Shown in pieces: positions 27,159 to 39,083 of a stretch of DNA of 64,000 nt; position 1 is the first letter of the stretch; every line of letters starts with the position of its first letter. The notes below the pieces were generated by a model, which had not been told where the DNA came from, made no database searches, and saw only the letters and a list, made by a program, of their open reading frames with translations. The translations under genes and the position numbers were made by a program. This DNA comes from Candidatus Hydrogenedentota bacterium (GTDB lineage: Bacteria; Hydrogenedentota; Hydrogenedentia; Hydrogenedentales; SLHB01). Location: contig CAXXYE010000006.1 of assembly GCA_963674865.2 (NCBI GenBank), forward strand, positions 160,001 through 224,000, read 5' to 3'.

Positions 27159-29233
27159 TGCCGATCATCAACGTCGACCACATCACCAAGGAGTTTCCCA
27201 CGCGCCGCGGCGCACGCGTGATGATCGGCCGCGGCGGCTTGGCCGATTGGCTCCGGGGGCGCAAGCGGGCAAAGTTCAAGGCGCTGGACGACATCTCTTT
27301 CACCGTCGAGCCCGGTGAGTCGCTCGGAATTATCGGGAGCAATGGCTCGGGCAAGAGCACCTTACTCAAGATCCTCGCCGGCGTAACTTTGCCCACCTCC
27401 GGACATGTGACGGTGAACGGCCGTGTGGCCTCGCTTCTCGAACTCGGCGCCGGGTTTCATCCCATCCTTACCGGACGCGAGAACATCTACCTGAACGCCG
27501 GCCTCCTGGGCGTCCGGCACGCACAAGTTCGTGAGGTTTTCGAGCAAATCGTCGCGTTCTCCGGTATCGCCGGGTTCATTGACAATCCCGTGGACACCTA
27601 TTCGAGCGGCATGTTCGTGCGGCTCGCCTTTGCAGTGGCCGTCCACACCAACCCGGACATCTTTCTGGTGGACGAGGTGCTTGCCGTAGGAGACGAGGAG
27701 TTCCAGCGCAGGTGCCGCTACAAAATCGGCGAATTGAAGGAACAGGGCAAAACCATCTGCTTTGTCTCGCACGATCTGGGCATCGTGAACACCGTGTGCG
27801 ATCGAGTCATCCTCCTCAGCAAGGGCCGCATGATCGTCCGCGAGAACATGCAGAAAACCATCGACTTCTACCTGCGCCAGGTGGGCCACGATCAGGGCGT
27901 CCATACATTCAACGCCGGGCCTACCGAGTCGATCCACTGTAACGGCCGCGTCTCCCTCTTCCACAACCAGGAGGAAATCACCGCGTCCACGGGCGGCTTG
28001 ATGAGCCTCGAGTCGCTAGGCCAACACCACCACTCGACAGAGGCAGTGTGGAAAATCGTCGAGGCGTCGCCGGATGGCTGCGTCGCCCACGGTGAAATGG
28101 CCCGCCTGCCCGTCCGCCTGATTTGGGAGATCCGGCTCGAAGAAGGCCGGCTGCGCTGGCACATCGCCATGGAATGCCTCCGCGACGCGCCTATCACCAA
28201 CATCGACGTAAACCTTTTCTTGCCAACGACCTACACGGAGTGGCTCTACGGCGACCTGTCCGGCGTCTTCCCCGATATCCGCCCGGCCGATGTCCTCTGG
28301 AACGTCCTCGTCGCCCCCGAAATGACCGCCCTTGAAGCCGCGGCGCTTCCTCGCGAGGACGCGGCACTGCCGCCGCTCGTAATCCAGATGACGCCCCATA
28401 ATCGCCATTTCGGCATGGTTTGGGCCAACTCGGCCTACGTCGCCTTCAGCCGCGTCTTGACGGCACGTGCCAGGCTTCCTGAACAGGACTGCACCTTTGC
28501 CGAAGGGCGGCACGACTTGCTGACGCTCGATCTGGAGCTTGCCGCCAACCGGGAAAGCGTCCGCGGCAGGATACGCGCCCAACGGACGGTGACGTCGGGG
28601 CCTTTGTCGGCGCGTTTCGAGCAGGGCCGCGTCCGGTTATCCTACGAAGGCGAAGAGCTAACGGCCTTTCTGCACGTGTACGCGTCCATGCTCATCGAGC
28701 ACCTGTGGAATGACAGCCACAGCCTGCAATGGGGCGCGGTATCGAACGCGGAAGACAAGGTGTCAATCACGGGCGAATCCCGGCGCTTCCCCTTCCGGCA
28801 GCAGTGGGAATTGACGGGCATAAAGGACGGTATCGGCCTCACGATCTGGCTCGAGGCGGACGAGGCGTTCGAAGCGCAGGAGTATCATGCATCCGTGGTG
28901 TTGCGGCCCGAGTATGCCTCGTGGCAGACGGATCACGAGGCGGGCGCCTTCGGCGCATTCGACTCGGCCACGAGCAAGTGGCAACACTTGAACAAGAGTT
29001 ATGCGCCCGGCAAGCGTGCGACGGCATCGGCCGCCGGGCTGCCCGCCGTCACGCTCGAGAGCACCGCGGAAGATATCCCGTTCCGGATGACGCCCATCAA
29101 CACCACCTATCGCGAGAACGCCCGCGTGCTCCAAGCGCTACGCCCGTCGGATATGGGGCTGCTTCACTTCGAGCCGGGACGCCACCTCTACTTTAAGGGG
29201 ATCATACGCGTTGAGCCGGCGGCTGAGGCGTAG
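27158..29233 (+). CDS. wzt: ABC polysaccharide exporter ATPase (Wzt-like) with a long tandem-duplicated C-terminal domain
   Basis: GSNGSGKST Walker A, YSSGMFVRLAF, VDEVLAVGD, VSHD; about 450 extra residues made of two related ~220-aa units; TAATG coupling with wzm. Confidence 0.9.
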   Translation: MPIINVDHITKEFPTRRGARVMIGRGGLADWLRGRKRAKFKALDDISFTVEPGESLGIIGSNGSGKSTLLKILAGVTLPTSGHVTVNGRVASLLELGAGFHPILTGRENIYLNAGLLGVRHAQVREVFEQIVAFSGIAGFIDNPVDTYSSGMFVRLAFAVAVHTNPDIFLVDEVLAVGDEEFQRRCRYKIGELKEQGKTICFVSHDLGIVNTVCDRVILLSKGRMIVRENMQKTIDFYLRQVGHDQGVHTFNAGPTESIHCNGRVSLFHNQEEITASTGGLMSLESLGQHHHSTEAVWKIVEASPDGCVAHGEMARLPVRLIWEIRLEEGRLRWHIAMECLRDAPITNIDVNLFLPTTYTEWLYGDLSGVFPDIRPADVLWNVLVAPEMTALEAAALPREDAALPPLVIQMTPHNRHFGMVWANSAYVAFSRVLTARARLPEQDCTFAEGRHDLLTLDLELAANRESVRGRIRAQRTVTSGPLSARFEQGRVRLSYEGEELTAFLHVYASMLIEHLWNDSHSLQWGAVSNAEDKVSITGESRRFPFRQQWELTGIKDGIGLTIWLEADEAFEAQEYHASVVLRPEYASWQTDHEAGAFGAFDSATSKWQHLNKSYAPGKRATASAAGLPAVTLESTAEDIPFRMTPINTTYRENARVLQALRPSDMGLLHFEPGRHLYFKGIIRVEPAAEA

Positions 29234-29254
29234 GAAGGACTCACGCGATAGGAC

Positions 29255-29833
29255 TTAGGGAAGTTCCTTGGCGGAGGTGATCACCTTCTCGATGAGGCCG
29301 TATTCCTTGGCCTCGTCGGCGTTCATCCAGAAATTGCGATCACTGTCAGCGGCGATCTTCTCGAGGGGCTGCCCCGTCTCTTCCGCGATAAGGTGGTTCA
29401 ATCGCTCGCGGATCTTGATGATCTCCTGCGCCTCGATCCGGATATCCTTCGCTTGGCCTCCCGCGCCTCCGGAAGGTTGGTGCAGTAGAAATCGCGTCCA
29501 GGGGAGCGCGAAACGCTTATCCTTTGCCGCGCCGAATAGGATGGGCACGGCGATACTGGCCACCCAACCGGCACCGATAGCAATGACTTCCGATTCGATG
29601 AAGCGCAACATGTCATAGATGGCAAAACCGGAGTCGACATGGCCTCCCTGGGACGTGATGATCATGCGGATAGGGTCGTGGGACTCCGCGTCAAGCACGA
29701 GCAGTTGCGCAATGATCCGCTCGGCCATTTCGTGATCGACCTCTCCATTGACGAGTATCGTGCGCGTTTTGAGAAGGCGCGTCATGATCCCCTCTTGCTG
29801 GGTGGCCTGTTCCTTTTCATCGTTCTGAGGCAT
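29255..29833 (-). CDS. clpP: ATP-dependent Clp protease proteolytic subunit
   Basis: SQGG, GFAIYD, VASIA (catalytic Ser), LHQPSGG (His), DSDRNFWM..AKEYGLI. Confidence 0.92.
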   Translation of the reverse strand: MPQNDEKEQATQQEGIMTRLLKTRTILVNGEVDHEMAERIIAQLLVLDAESHDPIRMIITSQGGHVDSGFAIYDMLRFIESEVIAIGAGWVASIAVPILFGAAKDKRFALPWTRFLLHQPSGGAGGQAKDIRIEAQEIIKIRERLNHLIAEETGQPLEKIAADSDRNFWMNADEAKEYGLIEKVITSAKELP

Positions 29834-29879
29834 GCTTATTCCTTTCACTCGCAGAATCGCCGTGTATTGTGCCATTTAG

Positions 29880-31355
<1,476 letters not shown>

Positions 31356-31383
31356 GGGGCCGTGAGGCCCTCTCGGGAATGAC

Positions 31384-31770
31384 ATGAAGCTGCGGGTATT
31401 GCTGCCGACACACGTCGCCGTGGAAGAGGACGTGCGAAAGGTCACGGCCGAGGCCGTGGACGGCTCGTTCTGCCTGTTGCCGCGCCACGTGGACGTCGTC
31501 GCCCCGCTCGTGCCCGGGATACTGGCGTTTGAGGCGGCCGCGGGCGAGCGATTCCTGGCCGTAAACGGCGGATTACTCGTCAAGTGCGGCGATGAGGTCC
31601 TCGTATCGACGATAGGGGCCGTTGCCGGGCAGCACCTCGAAGAACTGGAGCAGGCAGTGGAAGAGTCTTTCGAGCACCTGAACGAGCGCGAACAACGCGT
31701 CCGCTCCGCTATGGAGAAGATGGAGGCCGACTTCGTGCGGCGATTCATCGAATTACAGGAACGTGCCTGA
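31384..31770 (+). CDS. atpC: N-ATPase epsilon subunit
   Basis: GSFCLLPRHVD...LVPGIL; position after atpD. Confidence 0.9.
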   Translation: MKLRVLLPTHVAVEEDVRKVTAEAVDGSFCLLPRHVDVVAPLVPGILAFEAAAGERFLAVNGGLLVKCGDEVLVSTIGAVAGQHLEELEQAVEESFEHLNEREQRVRSAMEKMEADFVRRFIELQERA

Positions 31771-32077
31771 GAAGGAGCGCGAGAAGCGTGATACGCACGG
31801 CCGCGAGCGGTTCACCGGCGCGGTTGGGAAGAAGGCATCGCGCAAGATCACGGCGCGCGCCAAAGCAGGCGAGGGCATCTGGTTTTGGTTAGGCATGATG
31901 GGATTGGTCGGCTGGTCGGTGTCGGTACCGACGCTGGCCGGCGTCTTTCTCGGGCAGTGGATCGACCGCCGCTGGCCCAGCGATGTTTCGTGGACGCTCA
32001 TGCTGCTCCTGGCGGGCGTCGTTGTTGGCTGTATCCAGGCGTGGTACTGGATCACGCGGGAGAGTAAAGGTGAGTAG
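31763..32077 (+). CDS. atpQ: N-ATPase subunit AtpQ (ATPase gene1 family)
   Basis: LGMMGLVGWSVSVPTLAGVFLGQWID...GCIQAWYWI. Confidence 0.88.
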   Translation: MPEKEREKRDTHGRERFTGAVGKKASRKITARAKAGEGIWFWLGMMGLVGWSVSVPTLAGVFLGQWIDRRWPSDVSWTLMLLLAGVVVGCIQAWYWITRESKGE

Positions 32078-32369
32078 TCCGGCCGTCATATCCGCTATAT
32101 GCTTCATTGCCGGACTGACGCTCGGCTTGTTCTTCTTCGGCGGATTGCGGCTCACCTTGCGCTGGATTACGTCGGTTAGGCGCCCTGCCCTCTTGATCGT
32201 GGCCAGCTTTGGCGTGCGAGCGGCCCTGACAGTCGCGGGCTTTGTATGGGTAGGCAACGGCCAGTGGCAGCGCTACGTGGCGGCCTTGGTAGGATTTGTC
32301 TTGGCGCGACTGGCGCTCACGCACATCTGGGCGCCCGGAAGAAAGTCCGCCCCGGACGCAACGAGGTAA
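32070..32369 (+). CDS. atpR: N-ATPase subunit AtpR
   Basis: GLFFFGGL..T, SFGVR, GFVLAR: TM helices with membrane-embedded Arg; GTG start overlapping atpQ. Confidence 0.85.
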   Translation: MSSPAVISAICFIAGLTLGLFFFGGLRLTLRWITSVRRPALLIVASFGVRAALTVAGFVWVGNGQWQRYVAALVGFVLARLALTHIWAPGRKSAPDATR

Positions 32370-32371
32370 GC

Positions 32372-33094
32372 GTGGACATCACCTCCATCACACCGGATGA
32401 GACCGTATACTGGACATGGGGCGCATTCCATCTCAACGCGACGATTGTATTTACCTGGGGCGTCATGGCCGTGCTCACTTTCGGATCGTGGCTGATCACG
32501 CGTCGGCTGTCCAGCGGCCCCCAGATTTCCCGCTGGGAGAACCTGCTCGAGATGGTGGTCGAATTCACACAGAAGCAGATCCGGGATATCAGCCACCAAG
32601 ATCCGGGACAGTACTTGCCCTTTATTGGCGCGCTGTTCCTGTTCATCGCGGTGTCGAACATCCTGTCCGTTGTGCCTGGATTCGTTTCGCCGACAGGTTC
32701 GCTCTCGACAACCGCCGCCTTGGCCATCTGCGTGTTTGCTGGCGTCCCGATCTATGGCATCGCGAACGAGGGCCTTGGGCACTACCTGAAGCACTATATC
32801 CAGCCCTCCATCATGATGCTTCCATTCAACATCATCGGCGAGTTATCGCGGACACTGGCCCTCGCCGTCCGACTATTCGGCAACGTGATGAGCGGGGCCA
32901 AGATCGGCGCCATCTTGTTGGCCGTTACGCCGCTGTTCTTCCCAGTGGTCATGCATCTACTCGGCCTGTTGACGGGCCTGATTCAGGCGTACATTTTCGC
33001 GATCCTCGCGACGGTGTACATCGCTTCCGGGACGCGCGCACGAGCCAAGAAGGAAGGCGCCGCCGATGCGGCAGAGCAGGAAGAAAACGCATAA
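32372..33094 (+). CDS. atpB: N-ATPase Fo subunit a
   Basis: SPTGSLSTT, ELSRTLALAVRLFGNVMSG, IQAYIFAILA. Confidence 0.95.
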   Translation: MDITSITPDETVYWTWGAFHLNATIVFTWGVMAVLTFGSWLITRRLSSGPQISRWENLLEMVVEFTQKQIRDISHQDPGQYLPFIGALFLFIAVSNILSVVPGFVSPTGSLSTTAALAICVFAGVPIYGIANEGLGHYLKHYIQPSIMMLPFNIIGELSRTLALAVRLFGNVMSGAKIGAILLAVTPLFFPVVMHLLGLLTGLIQAYIFAILATVYIASGTRARAKKEGAADAAEQEENA

Positions 33095-33119
33095 TGCAAC
33101 GCAAAAGGAGCATTAGGAT

Positions 33120-33386
33120 ATGGAAAGCGATGCGCTAATCGGAATGATCTCCATTGCCACCGCCGGCATCACCATCGCCGTCGGCTCACTCGGCCCGTCA
33201 CTGGGTGAAGGCCGCGCCGTGTCGGAGGCCCTCCGCGGCATTGCCCAGCAGCCGGATGAGGCCGGCACGATCACGAGAACCTTGTTCGTGGGCCTGGCCA
33301 TGATCGAGTCCACGGCCATTTACTGCTTCGTGGTTTCGATGATCCTGATATTCGCGAACCCGTTCTGGAAGCATTTCATCTCCTAA
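33120..33386 (+). CDS. atpE: N-ATPase Fo subunit c, Na+-binding type
   Basis: GxGEG in helix 1, AQQP loop, IESTAIY (ESTxxY) motif, C-terminal FANPFW. Confidence 0.96.
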   Translation: MESDALIGMISIATAGITIAVGSLGPSLGEGRAVSEALRGIAQQPDEAGTITRTLFVGLAMIESTAIYCFVVSMILIFANPFWKHFIS

Positions 33387-33451
33387 GGCGCCGGCCGACG
33401 GCAACGCCATGAGAACACTCAAGGAGATACACTTCGCCGCGAACGGGAGGA

Positions 33452-34279
33452 TTGGCCGTGCTGATTGATTGGTTCACCGTGATCGCCCAGATTGTCAACT
33501 TTCTGGTGCTCGTCCTTCTGCTAAGGATCTTTCTTTACAAGCGCATTGTTGCGGCCATGGACAAGCGCAGGCAGGAAATCGCCGCCCGCCTCGACGACGC
33601 CGAAGCCAAGAAGGAGCAAGCCGCTACCGAGGCTGAGGCGTACCAACAGAAAAACCGCGAATGGGATGAACAGCGCAAGGAATTGATCGAGAAAGCCCGG
33701 GAAGAGGCGGAAGAGCGGCGGCAGGAATTGATACGCGAGGCGCAAGCCGGGGTGAAGGAGCTTGAGGCCGGATGGCGGCGCATGTTTCAGGAGGAAGCAG
33801 AGCAATTCATGGTGGAGTTGCGCCGGCGTACGTCCGAGCAAGTCTGCGCCTTGTCAGGCAAGGCGATGAAGGAATTGGCCAACGCGACACTCGAAGGCCA
33901 GCTTATCCGGACATTCCTGGACAAGATCTCAAACATCGATGCCGATCAGCGTCAGACGCTAACCGCGGAGACGCAAGACGCCGAACATGCCGCGATCTTG
34001 GCGACGGCTTTCGAGGTGCCCGCAGAGCAGCAGGCGGAACTAGCCAACGCCCTGGGCCGCTTCTTCGGAGATGCCCGCGAGGTCCGGTTCGAGCAGGCGC
34101 CTGAGCTGATCTGTGGGATCGAGCTCCGGGCCGGCGGCCACGCCTTGGGCTGGAATATCGCGGCTTATCTCGAAGGCATCGAAGACGACTTCGCGGACGT
34201 GCTCGCCAAGGGCCGAGCCATCGATGCCGGTGAGGATGATGCCGGGTCGGAAGGGGATGCAGCTCATGACGCCCCATGA
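33452..34279 (+). CDS. atpF: N-ATPase Fo subunit b with delta-like C-terminal extension
   Basis: [17 protein letters not shown], long coiled coil, C-terminal PELICGIEL...W. Confidence 0.92.
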   Translation: MAVLIDWFTVIAQIVNFLVLVLLLRIFLYKRIVAAMDKRRQEIAARLDDAEAKKEQAATEAEAYQQKNREWDEQRKELIEKAREEAEERRQELIREAQAGVKELEAGWRRMFQEEAEQFMVELRRRTSEQVCALSGKAMKELANATLEGQLIRTFLDKISNIDADQRQTLTAETQDAEHAAILATAFEVPAEQQAELANALGRFFGDAREVRFEQAPELICGIELRAGGHALGWNIAAYLEGIEDDFADVLAKGRAIDAGEDDAGSEGDAAHDAP

Positions 34280-35840
34280 CCTCAGCCTGCTATCCGCCGT
34301 TGAAGACACGTTCGCGCGGCTGGGCCGGGCCGTCGAGGACGCGCGCCCCGAGATGGCGCTCCACGAGGTGGGACACGTAACACAGGTTGGCGAAAGCGTC
34401 GTCTTCGTTGACGGTCTGCCGGGGGTCGAATCGGAGGAAGTGGTGCGCTTCCCCGGGAACAAGCTCGGTTTAGCTTACAATCTCGACGCCGGCCAGGTTG
34501 GTGTGATCATGCTCGACGCAAGTGAGGAGATCTCCGCTGGCGATCAGGTGCGCCGCACGGGCCGGGTCATGGACATTCCCGTCGGGGAATCGCTGCTGGG
34601 CCGCGTCGTCGACGCCACCGGACGGCCGCTGGACGACGGCCCGCCCATACCGGCCGCCAAGCGCCTGCCCATCGAGCGCGAGGCTACCGCCATCATGGAT
34701 CGGGCGCCTGTGCAGGTTCCGCTGCAAACGGGCATCAAGGCCATCGACGCCCTCGTCCCCATCGGCCGGGGCCAGCGCGAACTGATCGTCGGCGACCGGC
34801 AGACGGGCAAGACCGCCATCGCGGTGGACACTATCATCAACCAGAGCCGCTACGGCGTCATCTGCATCTACTGCGCCATCGGGCAGCGGAGTTCCGCCGT
34901 GGCCCAGGTCATCGCCGACCTCCGCGAGCGAGGCGCGCTGGAATACTGCGTCCTGGTGGCCACGACGGGGGATGACCCGCCGGGCCTGCAATTCGTCGCG
35001 CCGTACGCCGCCTCGAGCATTGGCGAGGCGTTCATGGAGCAGGGCCGCGACGTCCTCGTCATTTATGATGATCTGACGCAGCACGCACGGGCGTACCGCG
35101 AGCTATCGCTTCTCCTCAGGCGCCCTCCGGGCCGCGAGGCATTCCCGGGCGACATCTTCTACATCCACTCGCGCCTGCTTGAGCGGGCGACGCATCTCAG
35201 CGACGCGCTCGGCGGCGGCTCACTCACCGCGCTCCCGATTGCCGAAACGGAAGCCGAGAACATCTCCGCCTACATTCCAACGAATCTCATCTCGATCACG
35301 GACGGCCAGATCTACCTGTCGCCGAAGCTTTTCCAGCAAGGTATCCTCCCGGCCGTCGACGTGGGGCGTTCCGTCTCGCGCGTCGGCGGAAAGGCACAGC
35401 TTCCGGCCTATCGGACGGTTGCCGGCGATCTCAAACTCGCTTACGCGCAGTTCGAGGAACTCGAGCGATTCAGCCGGTACGGCACGCGGCTCGAAGAAGA
35501 GAAGCGGAAGACCCTCGAGCGAGGCCGCCGCGTGCGGGAGGTGCTCAAGCAACCCCTCTATGAGCCGATTCCTCCCGGCGAGCAGATGGCCACACTCATC
35601 GCCGTGACGGAGGGCCTTTTCGACGGGCTACCCGCCGAGCGGGTGCGCGAGGCCGAGAAGGCCGTTCGCAAGGCCGTGAGTGAGGAGGCACGGGAACGGC
35701 TCGACGGGATCGAGCAAGGGGCCAAATTGACGGATGAGGATCGCGAAGCACTACGTTCAGCGGCGGAAGGGGCCGTCGCACCCATGGTAAAGGCAGACGA
35801 GGATGGAAACCACCGAGAGCCTGCGGGGCCGCCTGAATAG
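34266..35840 (+). CDS. atpA: N-ATPase F1 alpha subunit
   Basis: [47 protein letters not shown]. Confidence 0.97.
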   Translation: MTPHDLSLLSAVEDTFARLGRAVEDARPEMALHEVGHVTQVGESVVFVDGLPGVESEEVVRFPGNKLGLAYNLDAGQVGVIMLDASEEISAGDQVRRTGRVMDIPVGESLLGRVVDATGRPLDDGPPIPAAKRLPIEREATAIMDRAPVQVPLQTGIKAIDALVPIGRGQRELIVGDRQTGKTAIAVDTIINQSRYGVICIYCAIGQRSSAVAQVIADLRERGALEYCVLVATTGDDPPGLQFVAPYAASSIGEAFMEQGRDVLVIYDDLTQHARAYRELSLLLRRPPGREAFPGDIFYIHSRLLERATHLSDALGGGSLTALPIAETEAENISAYIPTNLISITDGQIYLSPKLFQQGILPAVDVGRSVSRVGGKAQLPAYRTVAGDLKLAYAQFEELERFSRYGTRLEEEKRKTLERGRRVREVLKQPLYEPIPPGEQMATLIAVTEGLFDGLPAERVREAEKAVRKAVSEEARERLDGIEQGAKLTDEDREALRSAAEGAVAPMVKADEDGNHREPAGPPE

Positions 35841-36693
35841 CGCGCGCGAACTTCAGTCCGTCGTGCGAACCATGAAGGGGATGGCCGCCGTCAACATCCG
35901 CCAGTACCAGCGCTCCGTTGAATCGCTGGTGGAATACACGCGCGCGGTGGGATTAGGTTTTCAGGCTCTTGCGCGCCGCTGCCCGCAATGCCTAGACGCG
36001 TCGGCGGACACATCAGGTGTGGCGATGGCCGTGGTGTTCGGCTCCGACCAGGGCATGTGCGGCCCCCTCAACCGGGAGATCGCCGCGCACGCCCTCGAAC
36101 ACCTGGACAAGGTAGAGCCGGATCGCAACCGGCGTCTCGTAGCCGCCGTGGGCGTACGCGTTACGGGGGAACTCGAGGGCGCAGGGCAGCCTGTTCAAAC
36201 GACGTTCCCGCTGCCAAGCGCCGTCACCGGCCTCGTGACAGGCGTGGACGATCTACTCGTAGCCATCGAGGAGTGGCGCAGCGAGCAGCCCGTCCACCAG
36301 GTGACGCTCTTCCATCAGGAGCCGCGTATGGGCGCTTCGTACGAGCCGCGGACGGTTTCCCTGCTGCCGCTCGACACGGATTGGCTGCGCTCGCTAGCCG
36401 CGGAGCCCTGGCCGACGCGAATGCTGCCGACGTTCACCACCGACTGGCAAACGCTCTTCGCCGCCTTGGTGCGGGAGCATCTCTTCGGAGCGCTCTTCCG
36501 CGCGCTTGCGGAATCCCTCGCGAGCGAGAACGCCGCGCGTTTGGCCGCGATGCAGGCCGCGGAGAACAACATCGAAGAGAAGATCGAGCAGCTACAGGCC
36601 GCGTTTCACCGGACTCGTCAGGCGGCAATCACCGAGGAATTGCTCGATGTCATTGCCGGCTTCGAGGTGCTCAAACAGGACGGAGCGCGTTAG
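35803..36693 (+). CDS. atpG: N-ATPase F1 gamma subunit
   Basis: [33 protein letters not shown]. Confidence 0.95.
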   Translation: METTESLRGRLNSARELQSVVRTMKGMAAVNIRQYQRSVESLVEYTRAVGLGFQALARRCPQCLDASADTSGVAMAVVFGSDQGMCGPLNREIAAHALEHLDKVEPDRNRRLVAAVGVRVTGELEGAGQPVQTTFPLPSAVTGLVTGVDDLLVAIEEWRSEQPVHQVTLFHQEPRMGASYEPRTVSLLPLDTDWLRSLAAEPWPTRMLPTFTTDWQTLFAALVREHLFGALFRALAESLASENAARLAAMQAAENNIEEKIEQLQAAFHRTRQAAITEELLDVIAGFEVLKQDGAR

Positions 36694-36742
36694 AGCCGGC
36701 AACGCACACGCACTCTCAGCGAATTCCCCCACAGGTTAACCG

Positions 36743-37918
36743 ATGAAATCTGAACATAGCGCCGTATTCAGCCGGAACACACGCGACTTGGCGACGATCT
36801 CGCTCGCCTTTTTTTTCGCCTTCCTGGGCGCGGGCGCATGCCAGCCCTTTGTCGTGAGCTACGTGCACGAGGCAAGAGAGTTCTCCCTCGCCCAAGCATC
36901 ACTCGTCCTGTCCACCGTCTATTTCACGTTCGCGGTGTTCCGCTTCTGCATCGGCTTCATCATCGACCGCACCGGATTGCACGTGGCCAAGATCGCCGGC
37001 GTAGCGACCTATGCCTTCTTCCCGCTGGCTGTATACAGCCTGCATTCATTCCCCCTGCTGCTATTCGCGAGCGCGATCTGGGGCATGGGCGCGCCAATGC
37101 TTTGGACGGGGTCGCTGGTGCAAGTCATGAACACCTCCCCGCAGACACGCTACGGTGCGGCGACGGGCATAGTCCGCGGCACGGTGATGCTCGCCGTGTT
37201 TCTGGGCACCTACCTGCTCTCGTTCATCTACGCCCGCCGAGGATATGAAGCCGTCTTCCTGACGGCCTTCGTCCTCGGCCTCGTGGCGCTCCTCGCCATG
37301 AGCTTCTCGCCCAACCGCCCCGTAGAACGCAAGAAGCCGGAGTTGCGCCGGTTCTTCGAGATCATGCGACGGCGCGAGACGAGGATTGTCGCCGTCTTTC
37401 TCCTATGCTCCGGGCTGGGCTACGGCGTGATTCTCAACGGCCTCAAGGGCCACATCGAAGTGCTGTGCGGCCGGTACTGGCTCGAGCGCATCCTGCCCTT
37501 GTACTCGCTGGCCGCCATCGGCTCGAACTACCTCGGCGGCCATCTCTGCGATCGCATCGGGCGATGGCGAACCTTCGGCTGGGGATTTGCGCTGGGCGCG
37601 GTAGCCATGGCCATGGGCTGGGCGTTTACGGCGCGCGGCATGCTCATGGGTGCGATGCTGCTCCTGGGCGTTCAATTTGCCGTCGTGCCGCTGGCGGCCT
37701 TTGCCTGGATCGGCGATACCACCACGCCCGCCGACCGCGCCTCCGTTATGGGATACATCGCCTGCTTCCGCGACCTCGGCATCGCGCTGGCCATCCAGCT
37801 CGGCGGGCTGCTGCCAAACCCAAGGACAAATCTGCTTGTCTTCGCCGTCATTTCGGCAATCTGCGCGGTTGTCGCTTTCACTGTGAAAAAAGGCACACCG
37901 GCGGGAGACACAGCCTAA
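36743..37918 (+). CDS. MFS transporter
   Basis: About 12 hydrophobic segments; motif-A-like GFIIDRTG and GHLCDRIGR. Confidence 0.85.
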   Translation: MKSEHSAVFSRNTRDLATISLAFFFAFLGAGACQPFVVSYVHEAREFSLAQASLVLSTVYFTFAVFRFCIGFIIDRTGLHVAKIAGVATYAFFPLAVYSLHSFPLLLFASAIWGMGAPMLWTGSLVQVMNTSPQTRYGAATGIVRGTVMLAVFLGTYLLSFIYARRGYEAVFLTAFVLGLVALLAMSFSPNRPVERKKPELRRFFEIMRRRETRIVAVFLLCSGLGYGVILNGLKGHIEVLCGRYWLERILPLYSLAAIGSNYLGGHLCDRIGRWRTFGWGFALGAVAMAMGWAFTARGMLMGAMLLLGVQFAVVPLAAFAWIGDTTTPADRASVMGYIACFRDLGIALAIQLGGLLPNPRTNLLVFAVISAICAVVAFTVKKGTPAGDTA

Positions 37919-38004
37919 CAAGGGTAGTCTTCTTGTGGCGATCCCGTTTGCGGCCGCGGCGCAGCCCAGCTATGATCGCGCGGCACATCCGGCAGGAGAG
38001 ACAA

Positions 38005-39051
38005 ATGGACAACGCAGACAATCAGGAACAGCGCTCCCTTGTGGAAGAGATCAAACACAAGCAGGGACGGTACGGCGGATTCTGCTTTGGCGGACAGCAG
38101 CCCGACGGCGTGGTCGTCCGTAATCCGCTGCCAGCGACGACGGTGTTCCCGAACGGGGCGCGCGCCGCGCTGCTATTGACGTTTGATGTCGAGGGCACCT
38201 ACGGAAACGGCACGGGCAACATGCAGCGTGAGATCGACAACTACGGACGGCTCTGCGAGCGCTTGGCGGCACGCGGCATCCCAGCCACCTTCAACATCGT
38301 CGGGCAAATGGCGGAGGAACAAGGCCCCGGCTTCGTCGAGCGCATGTGGGACGCCGGCTCCGAAGTCGCCGCCCACGGCTACGTCCACGATATGAACAAA
38401 CGCTACGGCGGCGCCGATGCGTACGCCGGTCACTACGGCCCGGAGGAGAATCTCGAGCAGGTTCGGGACGGCGTAGCGGCCATCAACGCTATCCGGCCCG
38501 GCCTCGTTCGCGGCGTGCGGATTCCCTACGGCCATTTCAATGAATTCACCTACGACGCCATCGAGGCTCTTGGGCTCACATGGTCCAGCAACGTCGGCAT
38601 CGAGGACTTCCTAATCCCCGGCAACGGATTCGGCCCGGCCCCGTTTCAGATGCAGCTCGGGGACAAGCCCTATCCCATCGTCGAGATCCCGCTGGACAGT
38701 CAAACCTATGATTGGTCGATATGGATGGCCGATGAAATCGCCAACAGCACCTTCGTCGAGAGTGTCCGCCGGTACTGCGCCTTGAGAAACGTCCCCTTCA
38801 AGCGCACGCCGGCCGGGGCGGCCGATATCTGGCGGGCGCGCATGCGCGACACCGTCGAATCAGGAAGCGTTTTCACACTCCTGTGTCATCCCATCAATCT
38901 GGCGGCGCCAAGTGATCGATGGGGTGACCCGGTAGAAAAATTCCTCTTCCCGGTGATCGATGGCTTGGCGCGACTTCACCAGGAGAATCAGGCCTGGGCT
39001 TGCACCTGTGGCCAACTCGCCGACTTCTACCGCGAGAGGACGGGCATGTAG
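38005..39051 (+). CDS. Polysaccharide deacetylase (CE4/NodB-like) family protein
   Basis: LTFDVE, ATFNIVG, EVAAHGYVH, GVRIPYG, LLCHP. Confidence 0.82.
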   Translation: MDNADNQEQRSLVEEIKHKQGRYGGFCFGGQQPDGVVVRNPLPATTVFPNGARAALLLTFDVEGTYGNGTGNMQREIDNYGRLCERLAARGIPATFNIVGQMAEEQGPGFVERMWDAGSEVAAHGYVHDMNKRYGGADAYAGHYGPEENLEQVRDGVAAINAIRPGLVRGVRIPYGHFNEFTYDAIEALGLTWSSNVGIEDFLIPGNGFGPAPFQMQLGDKPYPIVEIPLDSQTYDWSIWMADEIANSTFVESVRRYCALRNVPFKRTPAGAADIWRARMRDTVESGSVFTLLCHPINLAAPSDRWGDPVEKFLFPVIDGLARLHQENQAWACTCGQLADFYRERTGM

Positions 39052-39083
39052 CCAAGAGGCGTCAGCGCGTTGCCTGCGTTCCT

